The notes: generated by a model from the sequence alone, not told the origin. A stretch of 64,000 nucleotides of DNA from Candidatus Dadabacteria bacterium (GCA_963805855.1 CAWDVW010000005.1:128001-192000); one strand, 5' to 3'. Shown: positions 11,136-22,695, counted from the stretch's first letter. Program-made: numbers and translations.

Positions 11136-12482
11136 ATGCAAACGAAATTATTAAATCTCTGGTACAAGATAAGGGCAAGCTACTGGTTTATACCGTCCTT
11201 GATGTTAATCATTGCATTTTGGCTTTCTTTAGTGTTGATCTATGTCGATGTGCTCGCCTATAACATGGGATGGTTTGATTCATTAAATAAATTTTATCCG
11301 AGTAAACCAGAGGGGGCGCGAGCTCTACTTTCCACCGTTGCAGGGTCTATGATTACAGTTGCAGGCGTAGTCTTCTCAATTACTATGGTAGCACTTACCC
11401 TCGCTTCCTCTCAATTCGGGCCGAGGCTCCTCGTAAACTTCATGCGGGATAGGGGTAATCAACTAGTACTTGGAACCTTCATTTCTACATTTGTATACTG
11501 TTTGCTTGTCTTGCGCACGATCCGAAGCGGTGAAGATACGTCATTTGTTCCACAGGTCGCTGTGACCTTCGCCCTCATGATGACGATAGCAAGCATCATC
11601 GTTTTCATTTACTTTATTCATCATGCTTCTTCTTCCATACAGGCTTCACATGTAATAGCCACAGTTAATGGCGATTTACGAAACACAATCAACAGGCTTT
11701 TCCCAGAAAAGATAGATTACGAAGAACATGATAAATGGTCTCACCTCAGGATACTAAGCGACATCCCTTCGAATTTCGAAAAGGAGACTATTGAAATTAC
11801 TGCCCCCCGAAGTGGTTATCTCCAAGCCATAGATGTAAATGGTCTTATAAACATTGCTACAGATGCTGGGATTATTATTAAACTTGAGCTGCGTCCGGGA
11901 AATTATGTAATCGAACTAAGCAAGCTTGCCAGTGTCTGGCCCGGAGAAAAAATTAATCAGGGGCAAACGGATAAAGTAATAGATGTATTTATTATTGGAC
12001 AGGATCGCACTTATGAACAAGACTTGGAATTTGCATTCGATCAACTAGTTGAGATTGCTATTCGAGCCCTCTCTCCCGGAATAAACGACCCGTTCACTGC
12101 TATAATGTGTATTGATAGAATAGGATCTGCATTATCCCAGTTGGCCCAGAGACAATTCCCCTCTCCCTATCTCTATAATAAAAATAACAAGCTATGTGTA
12201 ATTTCCAAACCCACTCTATTTTCAGACATCGCTGACGCCGCATTTAACCAGATCAGGCAATATGGCCGTTCGAGCACAGCCGTGACAATTCATCTATTGG
12301 AATTAATCGGGAAAATAGCACCACATATAAAGAGAGACGAGGATCGACAAGCTCTCATACGTCATGCGGACATGATTATGCGTGGAAGCGAAGTTGGACT
12401 GCCAGAACAACTCGATCGGAAGGATGTTAAAGAGAGATATCAAATTGCGGTTCAAGCATTATCAAATATAGAAGTCAGTTAA
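11136..12482 (+). CDS. DUF2254 family membrane protein
   Basis: LASSQFGPRLL and EIAIRALSPGINDPFTA. Confidence 0.88.
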   Translation: MQTKLLNLWYKIRASYWFIPSLMLIIAFWLSLVLIYVDVLAYNMGWFDSLNKFYPSKPEGARALLSTVAGSMITVAGVVFSITMVALTLASSQFGPRLLVNFMRDRGNQLVLGTFISTFVYCLLVLRTIRSGEDTSFVPQVAVTFALMMTIASIIVFIYFIHHASSSIQASHVIATVNGDLRNTINRLFPEKIDYEEHDKWSHLRILSDIPSNFEKETIEITAPRSGYLQAIDVNGLINIATDAGIIIKLELRPGNYVIELSKLASVWPGEKINQGQTDKVIDVFIIGQDRTYEQDLEFAFDQLVEIAIRALSPGINDPFTAIMCIDRIGSALSQLAQRQFPSPYLYNKNNKLCVISKPTLFSDIADAAFNQIRQYGRSSTAVTIHLLELIGKIAPHIKRDEDRQALIRHADMIMRGSEVGLPEQLDRKDVKERYQIAVQALSNIEVS

Positions 12483-13469
12483 TTAGTCTTTAGGCATCCC
12501 GCTTTTATCAACCTGCTGTATCTGAGTTCTCGGATACACCGGCTTTATCCTAGCAGCGTTTTCTGGCTTGGTAAATTCAGCAAATATGCTCTCAAGGATT
12601 GCATTTTTTGTGCCTCTCCTTTCCCTAGCTGGCACTAGATACCTCAGATTGAGGTTAACCCATGAGTCTTCAAAGGTTATGAACACCTCAGGTTCTTCAG
12701 ATATTCTGTAATCCAATTTCGATTGCTTCAGAATTTCCCTGTATCTACGAATAGGTTCAACCATGCTATCTCCAAGAATTTGATGTGCTGCTTTTAGGAC
12801 AGCAACTTTTGTGAGAACAAAATCGCTCTCGTACGACATCGAAACCGCGAGTTCATCCCAAATATATTCAAAGTCTCTTGTATAATTAAAGACGGAAGTT
12901 TGGAGGACAAGGCTATTTGGGATTGTAATTAGTCTTCCACTTGGTTGTTCAGCCGTAAACCATGTTGATCCATATTCCCAAACTACCGTATTTAAAAAAT
13001 CAATCTGTGTAACGTCCCCGTAAATGTCATTTACTCTAATCCTATCACCCACTCGATAATATCTTTTAATATTTATTAGTATCCAACCAGTAAAACAGAG
13101 TATTGGAGTTTGAAGCGCCCAGGTGATCCCAAGCCCTACCAGACCCAGGGATGTAATAAAAGAAGAAACACTACCCACAAGAATAGACAATGCAGCCAGG
13201 ACTGCAACGATATTTAATAAAAGTGAAAATACCGCAATCAAAGCGTCACGCTGATCAAATCTTCTGAGTAAATTATCTAAAAGTGGTCTCAAAAGCCTGT
13301 TCAAAAGTTGTGCTAAAATGATCAGTAAAACTGCCGTAAATAGTTTGGGTAGGAAATTAACAAATGAGTCTTTAAGCTTGATCAGAGAGACATCTTGACC
13401 GAGAATAAAAGTCAGAACAATTAGTGCTATCAAAATAACTATAAGAGATATGGCCGTCCAAATTCTCAT
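12483..13469 (-). CDS. MscS family mechanosensitive channel
   Basis: TM helices followed by YRVGDRI...GDVTQI...ITIPNS. Confidence 0.88.
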   Translation of the reverse strand: MRIWTAISLIVILIALIVLTFILGQDVSLIKLKDSFVNFLPKLFTAVLLIILAQLLNRLLRPLLDNLLRRFDQRDALIAVFSLLLNIVAVLAALSILVGSVSSFITSLGLVGLGITWALQTPILCFTGWILINIKRYYRVGDRIRVNDIYGDVTQIDFLNTVVWEYGSTWFTAEQPSGRLITIPNSLVLQTSVFNYTRDFEYIWDELAVSMSYESDFVLTKVAVLKAAHQILGDSMVEPIRRYREILKQSKLDYRISEEPEVFITFEDSWVNLNLRYLVPARERRGTKNAILESIFAEFTKPENAARIKPVYPRTQIQQVDKSGMPKD

Positions 13470-13658
13470 AAGAGTGAAAGAGTTTTAAAAACAGTCTTAA
13501 TCATTAAAGAAAGATTATGACCACAAAAAATAAAAACGCAGATGATCTTACAAACTATTACTTTTCGTTTTCCTCTTACCATCCCAGTGATTCGAATAGA
13601 AAAACAATTGAAAATACATTAGACCAAAATAATTGATATTTTATATTAATAATTAAGA

Positions 13659-14996
13659 TCAATTTGCGTATTGTCCCCTAAACTGGTCAGTATTTACTGG
13701 AGTGATATTCATCCCGAATGAATCGTTCATGACCTTTATGAATTCATTCGCTATTATTGCATATCCGGCATTATTTGGATGGACCCCATCAAGACTGAAC
13801 GCAGTATTCACATTATCAACCAGTACGAATTCTCCAGTAAAACCATCAACACCTTGGTTGTTGATCCTAGACAGCAGGTCATTAGCGTTAACTACGGGCA
13901 CATTCAAGTCGAATGCGATATCAGAGATCGATGAATTAAACTCCTCCACAGTATTTTGAATGATATCTTGTTCTGAAGATGTTAATGTGAACTCACCATT
14001 AAAGGGCATGCCAGATGGAACTAAACCATTATTTTGAATTTCCATCATCAATTGCTCTGCATCGTCCATTGTAAAACCCAAGTCAATAAGTGCATTCAGG
14101 TCTGGAATCCCAATCCCATCGTTTTCATATGGCCTGCGGGACGAAAGTAATAGATGAACCACATCGCTCTCATTGGTCAGAATTGGGATAAACAGGCCAT
14201 CCCCAAAATCGATGGGCTGAAAATTCTGATCATACAATACCGGGACAGGGGTATTAATCCCCAAAGCCGGAACGGTTCTGAAAATCCTATCGAAAAGGTT
14301 AATGAAAGGAATGTCTACAACATCGGGAATGTTAGCAACCACTATCGATGCAGATGTGTTGTTTCGTAACTTTGTCAATGAGTCTCTATACTCGGCATCG
14401 AATTTTTCTTTCGGTGTGATCCTATTTAGGTCCCCTCCATGTAACGCAGCACTTATAACATCATTACCTCCAATCCAGAACGAAATGATCTCAGGATCTA
14501 AATTGATAGCCTGGTCCAGCTGTGATCCCATTCCTCGTAAAATTAAAAAACGCAAATCATCGATCCTTGCATTATCATCGATGTCAAAAAGGGCATCGCC
14601 TGGGATCCCCAAGTTGTCGTATGGTCTCGGCAAGAGGGGATTTAATGCCAGACCGAATATATCTTCGACCTGTAAATCGTCTTCTACAATTTCACCATTT
14701 CTAAACATCAAGGGTGTCTTCCCGGGATTTGCGCCTATGCCCGGTCTACCAATCAAAGGCTGTTCGAAATCACCAACTCCAAGCTGCTGTGCAATAAAAA
14801 ACGGAAAGCTGTGCTGCTGGAAATCTATCACCAAGCCATTTGACTGCACCCCGGTAGTTAGACTGTCTCCTACAGCCACGTATTTTCTTGATCCAAAATC
14901 CACTACGCCATCGCCATTATCAACCCCAACACCATCGCAAGAGGAAACCAGCCAGACACCGAGTAAACAAAATAATGAAATTATAATTCCTCTCAA
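13659..14996 (-). CDS. SGNH/GDSL hydrolase lipoprotein
   Basis: GDSLT, IGGND and DGVHPN blocks; TTG start behind GAAGGAGG; VSS-C lipobox. Confidence 0.85.
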   Translation of the reverse strand: MRGIIISLFCLLGVWLVSSCDGVGVDNGDGVVDFGSRKYVAVGDSLTTGVQSNGLVIDFQQHSFPFFIAQQLGVGDFEQPLIGRPGIGANPGKTPLMFRNGEIVEDDLQVEDIFGLALNPLLPRPYDNLGIPGDALFDIDDNARIDDLRFLILRGMGSQLDQAINLDPEIISFWIGGNDVISAALHGGDLNRITPKEKFDAEYRDSLTKLRNNTSASIVVANIPDVVDIPFINLFDRIFRTVPALGINTPVPVLYDQNFQPIDFGDGLFIPILTNESDVVHLLLSSRRPYENDGIGIPDLNALIDLGFTMDDAEQLMMEIQNNGLVPSGMPFNGEFTLTSSEQDIIQNTVEEFNSSISDIAFDLNVPVVNANDLLSRINNQGVDGFTGEFVLVDNVNTAFSLDGVHPNNAGYAIIANEFIKVMNDSFGMNITPVNTDQFRGQYAN

Positions 14997-15139
14997 ATTT
15001 TCTCCCTCCTTCACAATCTTTATTAAAGTCAATGCTCTATCGTATGTATCGTCATGACCTTATTATAATTTAACATTCGAAATTACTTCTAGGAAATTAA
15101 TAGACAGAAAACCTATGATCGATAGCATACAATTAGTAG

Positions 15140-15496
15140 GTCAAATTTGCTGAAGTCTTTGGGCGCTCGGAAGTCTATCAGCTTCCCGTCGAGAATAGCA
15201 GCGCAGAGGAGGAAAAGCTCCCAAAACACCTTCGGGGTAGGACTTTATTCGGAGCAGATGTTACGTACTCCCGCCTATCGGAAATTATTGAATCAGGTGC
15301 TCTTATTGAGAGGATCCCAATAACGGACGACTTCGACCTTGAAAAGTTTATATCCTCTTATGGAAAGTCAGCCATTCCACTATTCTTAATTAATGATGGA
15401 AATACTTTAACTGTTTTCGCTGATGACAATCCCCCTACCCCTCAAACCGGTCAAGTACTAATATCACTAGTCAATCCAGCAAACGAGAAAAATTAG
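15140..15496 (+). pseudogene. C-terminal remnant of an NhaP-type (CPA1) cation/proton antiporter
   Basis: Startless stop-to-stop frame not in the ORF track: VKFAEVFGRSEVYQLP...HLRGRTLFG...TY..L...IPLFLI...PTPQTGQVLISLV. This resembles the C-terminus of CPA1 antiporters. Confidence 0.65.
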
Positions 15497-15612
15497 GTTA
15501 AGGCTTACCGCAAATTTAATTCACAGCTCGAAGATGCTGAGTGAAAATCATAAATTCAGAACTAAATCAAAATTATTTAGCCACGCTAAAATAAATTCTA
15601 CGGTCCCGAGAT

Positions 15613-16566
15613 TTATTCGGAATGCTCCTCAAGAAATTTTTCGGCATCCATAGCCGCCATACACCCTGAACCTGCTGCTGTTATAGCCTGCCTATATATG
15701 TGATCCTGCACATCCCCTGCGGCAAACACACCGGCGATATTGGTTCTTGTTTCACCATCTCTTGTAATAATATATCCGGTGTCATCCATTTCAACTTGAC
15801 CCTTTAATATTTGTGTATTTGGGTTATGACCAATTGCAATGAAGAGCCCCTGACATTCTTTGATGGTTGTTTCTCCCGTCTTTACATCCTCAATTTTAAC
15901 CCCAGTCACACCTTTTTCCGCATCGCCGATGATCTCTTGCACAACGGTATCCCATAGGAAATTAATTTTTGGATTGTTAAATGCTTTTTCCTGCAATATT
16001 TTTGAGGCCCGAAGCTTGTCTCTTCGATGAATTATCGTAACCTTGGAAGCAAATTTTGTAAGAAATATGCCTTCCTCTATGGCCGTGTCTCCACCACCAA
16101 CGACCACAAGCTCTTTACCCTTAAAGAAAAATCCATCACAAGTTGCGCAGGTAGACACACCGTGACCAAGTAGCCGCTTTTCTGATTCGAGACTAAGAAG
16201 TTTCGCAGAAGCTCCGGAAGCAATGATAAAAGTATCCGCCTCTATAACAACCTCGCCGGCAACAACTTTAAAAGGCCTTTGGGTTAAATCAACGGAGTTA
16301 ACTTGAGCCGATACGCATTTCGCGCCAAATTTCTCAGCCTGCTTTCTCATGTTATCAATAAGCTCCGGGCCCTGGACACCATCCGGAAAACCAGGATAAT
16401 TTTCAACACCTGTAGTTAACGTGAGCTGTCCGCCTGCCTCAATCCCTTCGAAAACAATTGGTTCCAAGTTAGCCCTGGCGGTATAGAGCGCTGCGGTAAG
16501 CCCTGCTGGGCCCGATCCCATAATAACAACCTTGTACCTACCCTTTAATTCACTAGACTTCACCAT
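15613..16566 (-). CDS. trxB: Thioredoxin reductase
   Basis: GSGPAG, CATCDG, HRRD, YRQAITAAG. Confidence 0.97.
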   Translation of the reverse strand: MVKSSELKGRYKVVIMGSGPAGLTAALYTARANLEPIVFEGIEAGGQLTLTTGVENYPGFPDGVQGPELIDNMRKQAEKFGAKCVSAQVNSVDLTQRPFKVVAGEVVIEADTFIIASGASAKLLSLESEKRLLGHGVSTCATCDGFFFKGKELVVVGGGDTAIEEGIFLTKFASKVTIIHRRDKLRASKILQEKAFNNPKINFLWDTVVQEIIGDAEKGVTGVKIEDVKTGETTIKECQGLFIAIGHNPNTQILKGQVEMDDTGYIITRDGETRTNIAGVFAAGDVQDHIYRQAITAAGSGCMAAMDAEKFLEEHSE

Positions 16567-16790
16567 TCAGTTTCCCTTTTCTTAGTTGATTTAGTTTATA
16601 CTACATTTAGTAACAACATTTTCAAGTTGAGTAAAACAATCCCCCACCGTTCTCTAAGTTATTACACACTTTAACTTAGATGAGGCAACCTATTTGAAGA
16701 TTCAAGGATCCTGGCTATCGGTTCACAGATTTTTGCTAGTATTAACTTAACATATATATTTTATATAATAATAATTAGCAAGAATAAGTT

Positions 16791-17882
16791 ATGAAAAAGA
16801 CGACACTGTACGATACACAATCATTACAGGGAGCAGAATTCGAAGAGTTCTCAGGCTGGAGGATGCCGAAAAGCTACGGCAGTCTTTTAGACGAATACAA
16901 CGCAGTGAGAAACAATGTGGGAATCGTTGATTTGTCACACCATGGGAAAATAAAGCTAGGCGGCAAGGAGCATATAAAGTTTCTTCAAGGTATCCTCTCA
17001 AACGATGTAAAAAAGCTCGAAGAGGGCAACGGACAATATTCAACCTTTCTTACGCCGAAAGGAAGGACTATAACTGACATGAGGCTCTATAGAAAAGGGG
17101 ATTCTGTTCTTCTTGACTTAGAACCAGGCGTTAGCGAAAAGGTTAGAGAACTATTCTTAAAATATAAGATTTCTTATAAGGTAGATATTGAAGATGTTAC
17201 TGATAGCCTATCGCTTATTTCAGTCCATGGACCAAACGCAAAAAAACTCGTTGAAAAAACGTTAGGAAAACGAATTCCTGACTTAAAAGAGTACGACTTC
17301 ATCACGTCTGAGACAAATGGCCAAGAGCTTTTAATCGCTAATATGAACAGGACTGGAGAATTGGGGTTTGACATATTTGTATCCTCTGATGGTACAAATA
17401 AAACCCTTTGGGAAAATTTAATAGCACAAGGAGAGGAATTTGATGCTAAACCGGTCGGACTTGATGCATTTGAAACCCTGAGAATTGAAGCGGGAATACC
17501 CAGGTTTGGAGTGGATATGAATGAAAATACAATTCCTATTGAAGCCGGGATATGGAACGCATTGAGCTTCGAAAAGGGGTGCTATGTTGGGCAAGAGGTA
17601 ATAGCAAGGATTAAGTGGAGGGGACACGTAAATTGGCATTTAACAGGGCTTAAGATTGATGGAGATGATATTCCAAAAATGGATAGCAAGATAATACGTG
17701 GTGAACGCGAAATTGGATATATCACAAGCAGCGCATTCTCACCCAAGTTAAATCAAATAATCGCACTGGGGTATATACGAAGAGAATTCAGTAATCCCGG
17801 GGCTCAGGTTACCATCAAAATGGAATCAAACAAAACTGTTTCAGCTGAAGTCAGTGAGATACCGTTTTATAACCGAGGCTGA
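16791..17882 (+). CDS. ygfZ: YgfZ/GcvT-like folate-binding protein
   Basis: KGCYVGQE signature in a GcvT fold. Confidence 0.82.
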   Translation: MKKTTLYDTQSLQGAEFEEFSGWRMPKSYGSLLDEYNAVRNNVGIVDLSHHGKIKLGGKEHIKFLQGILSNDVKKLEEGNGQYSTFLTPKGRTITDMRLYRKGDSVLLDLEPGVSEKVRELFLKYKISYKVDIEDVTDSLSLISVHGPNAKKLVEKTLGKRIPDLKEYDFITSETNGQELLIANMNRTGELGFDIFVSSDGTNKTLWENLIAQGEEFDAKPVGLDAFETLRIEAGIPRFGVDMNENTIPIEAGIWNALSFEKGCYVGQEVIARIKWRGHVNWHLTGLKIDGDDIPKMDSKIIRGEREIGYITSSAFSPKLNQIIALGYIRREFSNPGAQVTIKMESNKTVSAEVSEIPFYNRG

Positions 17883-18491
17883 TTCTTCACGATCAATAAA
17901 ACACGCTTAATTGTTTCTCATAACTTCTCCAGTCTACTCTTAATTACCGAACGGGAAATATTGGACGTATATACCGACATCTCATTTCGGACATCCATTA
18001 CAATCACAAAGATGCATTCCGGCTGTATATCCATGGAACGTCACTGTCGCTACAATAGATTACATAAGAGTCACTTCAACTAAAAGACAGATAATCATCT
18101 AGAATCTAGGCTTACCGGTCCTAACCGATCCTACCAATGCGATTCATTACCACAACAAATCTCATTTTAAATTAAGACAATTTATCGTTTCTCATCTGCG
18201 TGATAAATTATTTTGATAATCATTGTATTTTGTATTAGCATAGTATATAGTATGCTTTACATTGGGGACTTTACTTTAATATTGCCAATGAGAAAAACAA
18301 GATTAGGCGGAGTCTTAATGTAAGTTGTAAGGTAATAAATGTAACAAGCCGAGTTTATTAGATATTTTAAGATCTGGGATAGTTGGGTTGAGCGTTAAAC
18401 ATTGCTAAAGCCGGAGGACGCAACCTCGTTTCATTGTTTCATTCATTTGATTTCACTAAACTCATCTTGTTAGCAACGAGAGGAGGAAAAC

Positions 18492-19529
18492 ATGATATTC
18501 GATTCAATAATTGGTTGGTTTTCTAATGATCTAGCAGTCGATTTAGGTACGGCAAACACTTTAGTATATGTAAAGGGAAAAGGAATAGTGGCTAACGAGC
18601 CCTCTGTTGTAGCAATCCAAGATCTTGATGGTAGATCAAAGAGAATTCTCGCGGTAGGAAAAGAAGCGAAGGACATGGTTGGACGAACGCCTGGATCCAT
18701 AAAGGCTATTAGGCCATTGAAAGAAGGTGTCATTGCAGATTTTGATGTTGCTCAAAAGATGTTGGAGTACTTTATAAGAAAAACTCACAATAATCGAAAG
18801 AGCTTTGTAAGACCAAGAATTATAGTTTCTGTCCCGATCGGTATAACCGAGGTTGAAAAAAGGGCTGTGAGAGAGTCTGCGGAAGCAGCGGGTGCCCGTG
18901 AGGTTTACTTAATTGAAGAAACGATGGCAGCAGCCCTCGGAGCGGGCATGGCAGTGACAGAGCCCGGAGGAAATATGGTCGTGGACGTCGGAGGGGGAAC
19001 TACTGGGGTTGCAGTAATATCCCTCGCGGGCATTGTAGTGAGCAAATCGGTCAAGGTCGGAGGGGACAGACTCGATGAGTCGATCACACAGTATGTAAAG
19101 AGCAATTACAGCATGTTGATAGGAGAAAGAACCGCTGAAATGGTCAAGATACGGCTAGGCAAAGCCATGGGAAATGGCGACGTTGGCTCTATGAACGTTA
19201 AGGGAAGGGACCTAAGAGCGGGCATACCAAAAACGGTAGAGATAACTTCGGAAGAAGTCAGAGAAGCGCTTAGCAATCCGCTAGCTTCAATTGTCGAGGC
19301 TATCAAGCAGACCTTGGAAAGGACTCCACCAGAGCTAGCCGCGGATATTGTTGATAACGGCATCGTTTTAACGGGAGGCGGAGCCCTATTGGGTGGACTT
19401 GATATCTTGATCAATGATGCAACAGGTCTTCCAGTCAGTGTGGCGGATGATCCCCTGACCTGTGTCGTTCTGGGTTCCGGAAAAGCTCTTGACGAATTAG
19501 ATCTCTTAAAAGAAGTTAGCGTGTGGTGA
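18492..19529 (+). CDS. mreB: Rod shape-determining protein MreB
   Basis: [22 protein letters not shown]. Confidence 0.97.
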   Translation: MIFDSIIGWFSNDLAVDLGTANTLVYVKGKGIVANEPSVVAIQDLDGRSKRILAVGKEAKDMVGRTPGSIKAIRPLKEGVIADFDVAQKMLEYFIRKTHNNRKSFVRPRIIVSVPIGITEVEKRAVRESAEAAGAREVYLIEETMAAALGAGMAVTEPGGNMVVDVGGGTTGVAVISLAGIVVSKSVKVGGDRLDESITQYVKSNYSMLIGERTAEMVKIRLGKAMGNGDVGSMNVKGRDLRAGIPKTVEITSEEVREALSNPLASIVEAIKQTLERTPPELAADIVDNGIVLTGGGALLGGLDILINDATGLPVSVADDPLTCVVLGSGKALDELDLLKEVSVW

Positions 19530-19564
19530 CAACATCGAGAAGGGTCTGGTATTGATCAATCCAT

Positions 19565-19588
19565 CCCATTTGCTCGAAAGCAAATGGG
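19565..19588 (+). other. Intercistronic hairpin between mreB and mreC
   Basis: CCCATTTGCT-CGAA-AGCAAATGGG, a perfect 10-bp stem with no clear U tract. Confidence 0.6.
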
Positions 19589-19603
19589 CTCTTACAGACA
19601 AAT

Positions 19604-20431
19604 ATGGGTTTTTTGAAGCGCCATCCGTTAATAATCATAGTACTTTCCTTACTCTTAGCAATACAGGTTTTTTCATTGTCCACTGATGAAAAACGTTTGC
19701 CAGTCCCGTTTTCAAAATTTATTCTTAACTTAACGTATTATCCGCAGAAATTCATGTACGAGGTTACAGAATCAATAATTAATGTATGGCAAAATTATAT
19801 TGATCTGGTAGATGTAAGAAATGAAAACGAAAGACTAATTGTTGAAAATGCTCAGCTCCGTCATGAAAATATGCAACTTCTGGAAGCTAAATTACAAAAC
19901 GATAGGCTCAAGAAATTGTTAGAGTTTAAAGACTATTCTCAAACTCGTACACTGACTGCAAATGTGATTGCGGGAAGCCCTTCAATAACTAGAACAGAGA
20001 TAGTGATCATTGATAAGGGTAGCAGTGATGGCTTAAGTGAGGGAATGCCAATCGCAACATTCGAGGGAATTGTAGGAAGGGTTTATCTGGTTGGTGACAG
20101 AGACGCTGAAGTAATGTTGATAACAGATCCCTTAAGCGCTGTAGACGCGTACATCCATCGAACCAGGGCCAGAGGAATCGTCAAGGGTACGGGCTTCGGA
20201 TGTATAATGGAATATATCGACAGTAAAACAGACCTAAGTATAGGTGATAAAGTTATATCATCAGGAAAAGACGGATTCTTCCCTAAAGGGGTTCTCATAG
20301 GCACCGTAGAGCAAATCAAACGAAAAGGTAATTTTCTAAGTGCCAAAGTTTCCCCAAACGTGGAATTGAACTCTCTGGAAGAGGTACTTGTATTACTCGA
20401 TCCCTCGGAGAAAATGGCATTAAATGAATAA
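19604..20431 (+). CDS. mreC: Rod shape-determining protein MreC
   Basis: TM plus coiled coil, IDKGSSDG, SGKDGFFPKG; operon position. Confidence 0.93.
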   Translation: MGFLKRHPLIIIVLSLLLAIQVFSLSTDEKRLPVPFSKFILNLTYYPQKFMYEVTESIINVWQNYIDLVDVRNENERLIVENAQLRHENMQLLEAKLQNDRLKKLLEFKDYSQTRTLTANVIAGSPSITRTEIVIIDKGSSDGLSEGMPIATFEGIVGRVYLVGDRDAEVMLITDPLSAVDAYIHRTRARGIVKGTGFGCIMEYIDSKTDLSIGDKVISSGKDGFFPKGVLIGTVEQIKRKGNFLSAKVSPNVELNSLEEVLVLLDPSEKMALNE

Positions 20432-20915
20432 CGCAATTGCTGCCATATTTTTTATCTCTCTATCCCTGCTCTTTATCGTACTCCAATCTACTTTGCTTGC
20501 TCCGATCAAAATTGGAAGCTTTAGCCCGGACTTCAATCTAATTTTAATAATAATTATTGCGATGCTCTCAGACGTTAAAGGAGGTTCGATCTTTGCATTG
20601 GGAAACGGATATTTAATGGATGTACTGTCAGGCGGACTAATGGGAGTAAATACACTATCAAGGCTTAGTATCTATGCTGCAATTCGTGGTACCACAAATA
20701 ACGTCTATTATCAACAAATTCCAGTATTATCGGTCGTAATATTTCTCAGTACTATTTTTTCCTGGCTCTTCATTTGGGTTGTAATTAAGATTAACTCCGA
20801 CATTGATTTTAGTGTTTCTCTTAACGTAATATTAAAACAAGGAGCCATAAACACGATAGTTGGGGTTCCGCTCTATTTAATGATCAAGAAAATCCATGAA
20901 AGAATACAAGAATAG
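20424..20915 (+). CDS. mreD: Rod shape-determining protein MreD
   Basis: Hydrophobic 163 aa with PDF and GYLMDVLSG; lies between mreC and mrdA. Confidence 0.88.
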   Translation: MNNAIAAIFFISLSLLFIVLQSTLLAPIKIGSFSPDFNLILIIIIAMLSDVKGGSIFALGNGYLMDVLSGGLMGVNTLSRLSIYAAIRGTTNNVYYQQIPVLSVVIFLSTIFSWLFIWVVIKINSDIDFSVSLNVILKQGAINTIVGVPLYLMIKKIHERIQE

Positions 20916-22695
20916 GCTAATTATAGCAACCGTAATCCTTATTCAAGCATTTTTGATCCTCGCGGGGAGGATGTGGTATATGCAAATCCTTAAGGGTAAC
21001 GAATATGAACAATTCTCGCGAGATAATCGAGTTCGCATAACCAAGTTTCCAGCGCCCAGGGGAAGGATTCTTGATAGGAGGGGCAGGGAACTAGTAATCA
21101 ATAGATCTTCCTTTGACGTCTACGTATTTCCAAATGACATTAAAGATATAGATGTTACAAGTAATAGCCTTTCCCAAGCCCTAGAGATAGACGCCGGTCA
21201 AATCAGGAAAGAGATAACAGACGCTTATAAAGCAAACCGCTTTGCACCTACAGTTATTGCTAAAGATATTAATAGGGATCAACTTGCATTTATCGAAGCT
21301 CGAAAGATCTATCTACAAGGAGTATTTATCCAGATTAGCCACACCCGCGAATATCCCTACAGGGATATTGGAGCACCTTTCATTGGCTACCTAGGAAAGG
21401 CGAGTAAAGATGATGTTATTGAACACCCAAATTTACTCCCGGGCACATTAGTCGGTAAAAACGGGGTAGAAAGATCTTTTAACAATTATCTCCTTGGTGA
21501 GGATGGTTACAAGCAAAAGATAACCGACGCTCTAGGTAGAGAGGTTAATTGGCGATTGCTGGAGAGAGATCTTAAGAGCCAGGATAGTGTTCCCGGCGGT
21601 GACGTAGTACTTTCAATAGACATAGACCTCCAAAAAGCGGCTGAAGAATCTCTGGGGGAAAGGGCTGGCGCTGTGGTTGCAGTAGACGTGAGAACAGGAC
21701 AGGTGTTGGCATTGGTAAGTCATCCGACTTTCAACCCGGAAGAATTTATTGACGGTATGGATTCCACCGAATGGAATAACCTAATACGTAACAGCAGTTC
21801 CCCACTACTTGACCGTGCGACGCAAGGTCTTTACGCACCTGGATCGGTATTTAAAATCGTAACTGCGTCTGCCGCGCTTAACGAGGGAGTAGTCGATGAG
21901 CAGACCCGATTCCATTGCCCAGGCAGCTATAGAATTGGCAACAGAACATTTAGATGCTGGAAAAAGGGTGGGCACGGGCTATTAAACCTTCATCAGGCAA
22001 TTGTACAATCTTGTGATGTCTATTTCTATCACGTCGCTGAAAAACTCGGAATAGACCGTCTTGCAAAGTATATCCAGGGATTTGGCTTTGGTCGCCCAAC
22101 GGGTATCGCCCTTAATGAGAGACCAGGAATCGCCCCGAGTAGAGAATGGAAATTAAATGCACTCAAAAAACCATGGTACTTGGGAGAGACTATTGTAACA
22201 TCAATCGGTCAAGGGTATTTGAGCGTATCTCCACTTCAGGTTGCGTTGATGACTGCATCCATCGCAAACGGAGGGATTCTCTTTAAACCCCACATCGTTA
22301 AAAAGGTGACCGGTCCCGATGGTAAAGTCTTACTAAACATCGCTCCCGAGGAAAACGCACTTATACCCGTGAGCGAAGAAGCAATTAGCGTTATCATGAG
22401 GGCTCTAAAAGGAGTGGTAAATGAACCCGGTGGAACAGGATGGGCGTCAAGGATCGATAACGTAGAGGTTGCAGGCAAGACGGGTACCGCTCAGGTTATA
22501 TCACTCAATTCAAACAGCGATAAAGCGTCTCACAAAGATCATGCATGGTTCACTTCTTATGCTCCTGCCGATAGTCCGGAGATTGCTGTGACTGTCCTTG
22601 TTGAACACGGAGGAGGAGGCGGGGCAGTTGCGGCTCCTATCGTAAGAAGGATCCTCGAAACCTATTTCAAATTGAAAGAAGGGGGCAACGTATGA
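20896..22695 (+). CDS. mrdA: Penicillin-binding protein 2
   Basis: PRGRILDR, SVFK, SCDVYFY, KTGTAQ. Confidence 0.95.
   Translation: MKEYKNRLIIATVILIQAFLILAGRMWYMQILKGNEYEQFSRDNRVRITKFPAPRGRILDRRGRELVINRSSFDVYVFPNDIKDIDVTSNSLSQALEIDAGQIRKEITDAYKANRFAPTVIAKDINRDQLAFIEARKIYLQGVFIQISHTREYPYRDIGAPFIGYLGKASKDDVIEHPNLLPGTLVGKNGVERSFNNYLLGEDGYKQKITDALGREVNWRLLERDLKSQDSVPGGDVVLSIDIDLQKAAEESLGERAGAVVAVDVRTGQVLALVSHPTFNPEEFIDGMDSTEWNNLIRNSSSPLLDRATQGLYAPGSVFKIVTASAALNEGVVDEQTRFHCPGSYRIGNRTFRCWKKGGHGLLNLHQAIVQSCDVYFYHVAEKLGIDRLAKYIQGFGFGRPTGIALNERPGIAPSREWKLNALKKPWYLGETIVTSIGQGYLSVSPLQVALMTASIANGGILFKPHIVKKVTGPDGKVLLNIAPEENALIPVSEEAISVIMRALKGVVNEPGGTGWASRIDNVEVAGKTGTAQVISLNSNSDKASHKDHAWFTSYAPADSPEIAVTVLVEHGGGGGAVAAPIVRRILETYFKLKEGGNV

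Noticed and set aside
14302..15057. 251-aa plus-strand ORF
   Set aside because: Antisense to the SGNH hydrolase gene, with no recognisable motifs.
17883..18491. Long intergenic region before mreB as an ncRNA or small ORF (38-aa minus-strand frame MDIQPEC...)
   Set aside because: No recognisable RNA motif, RBS or protein similarity.
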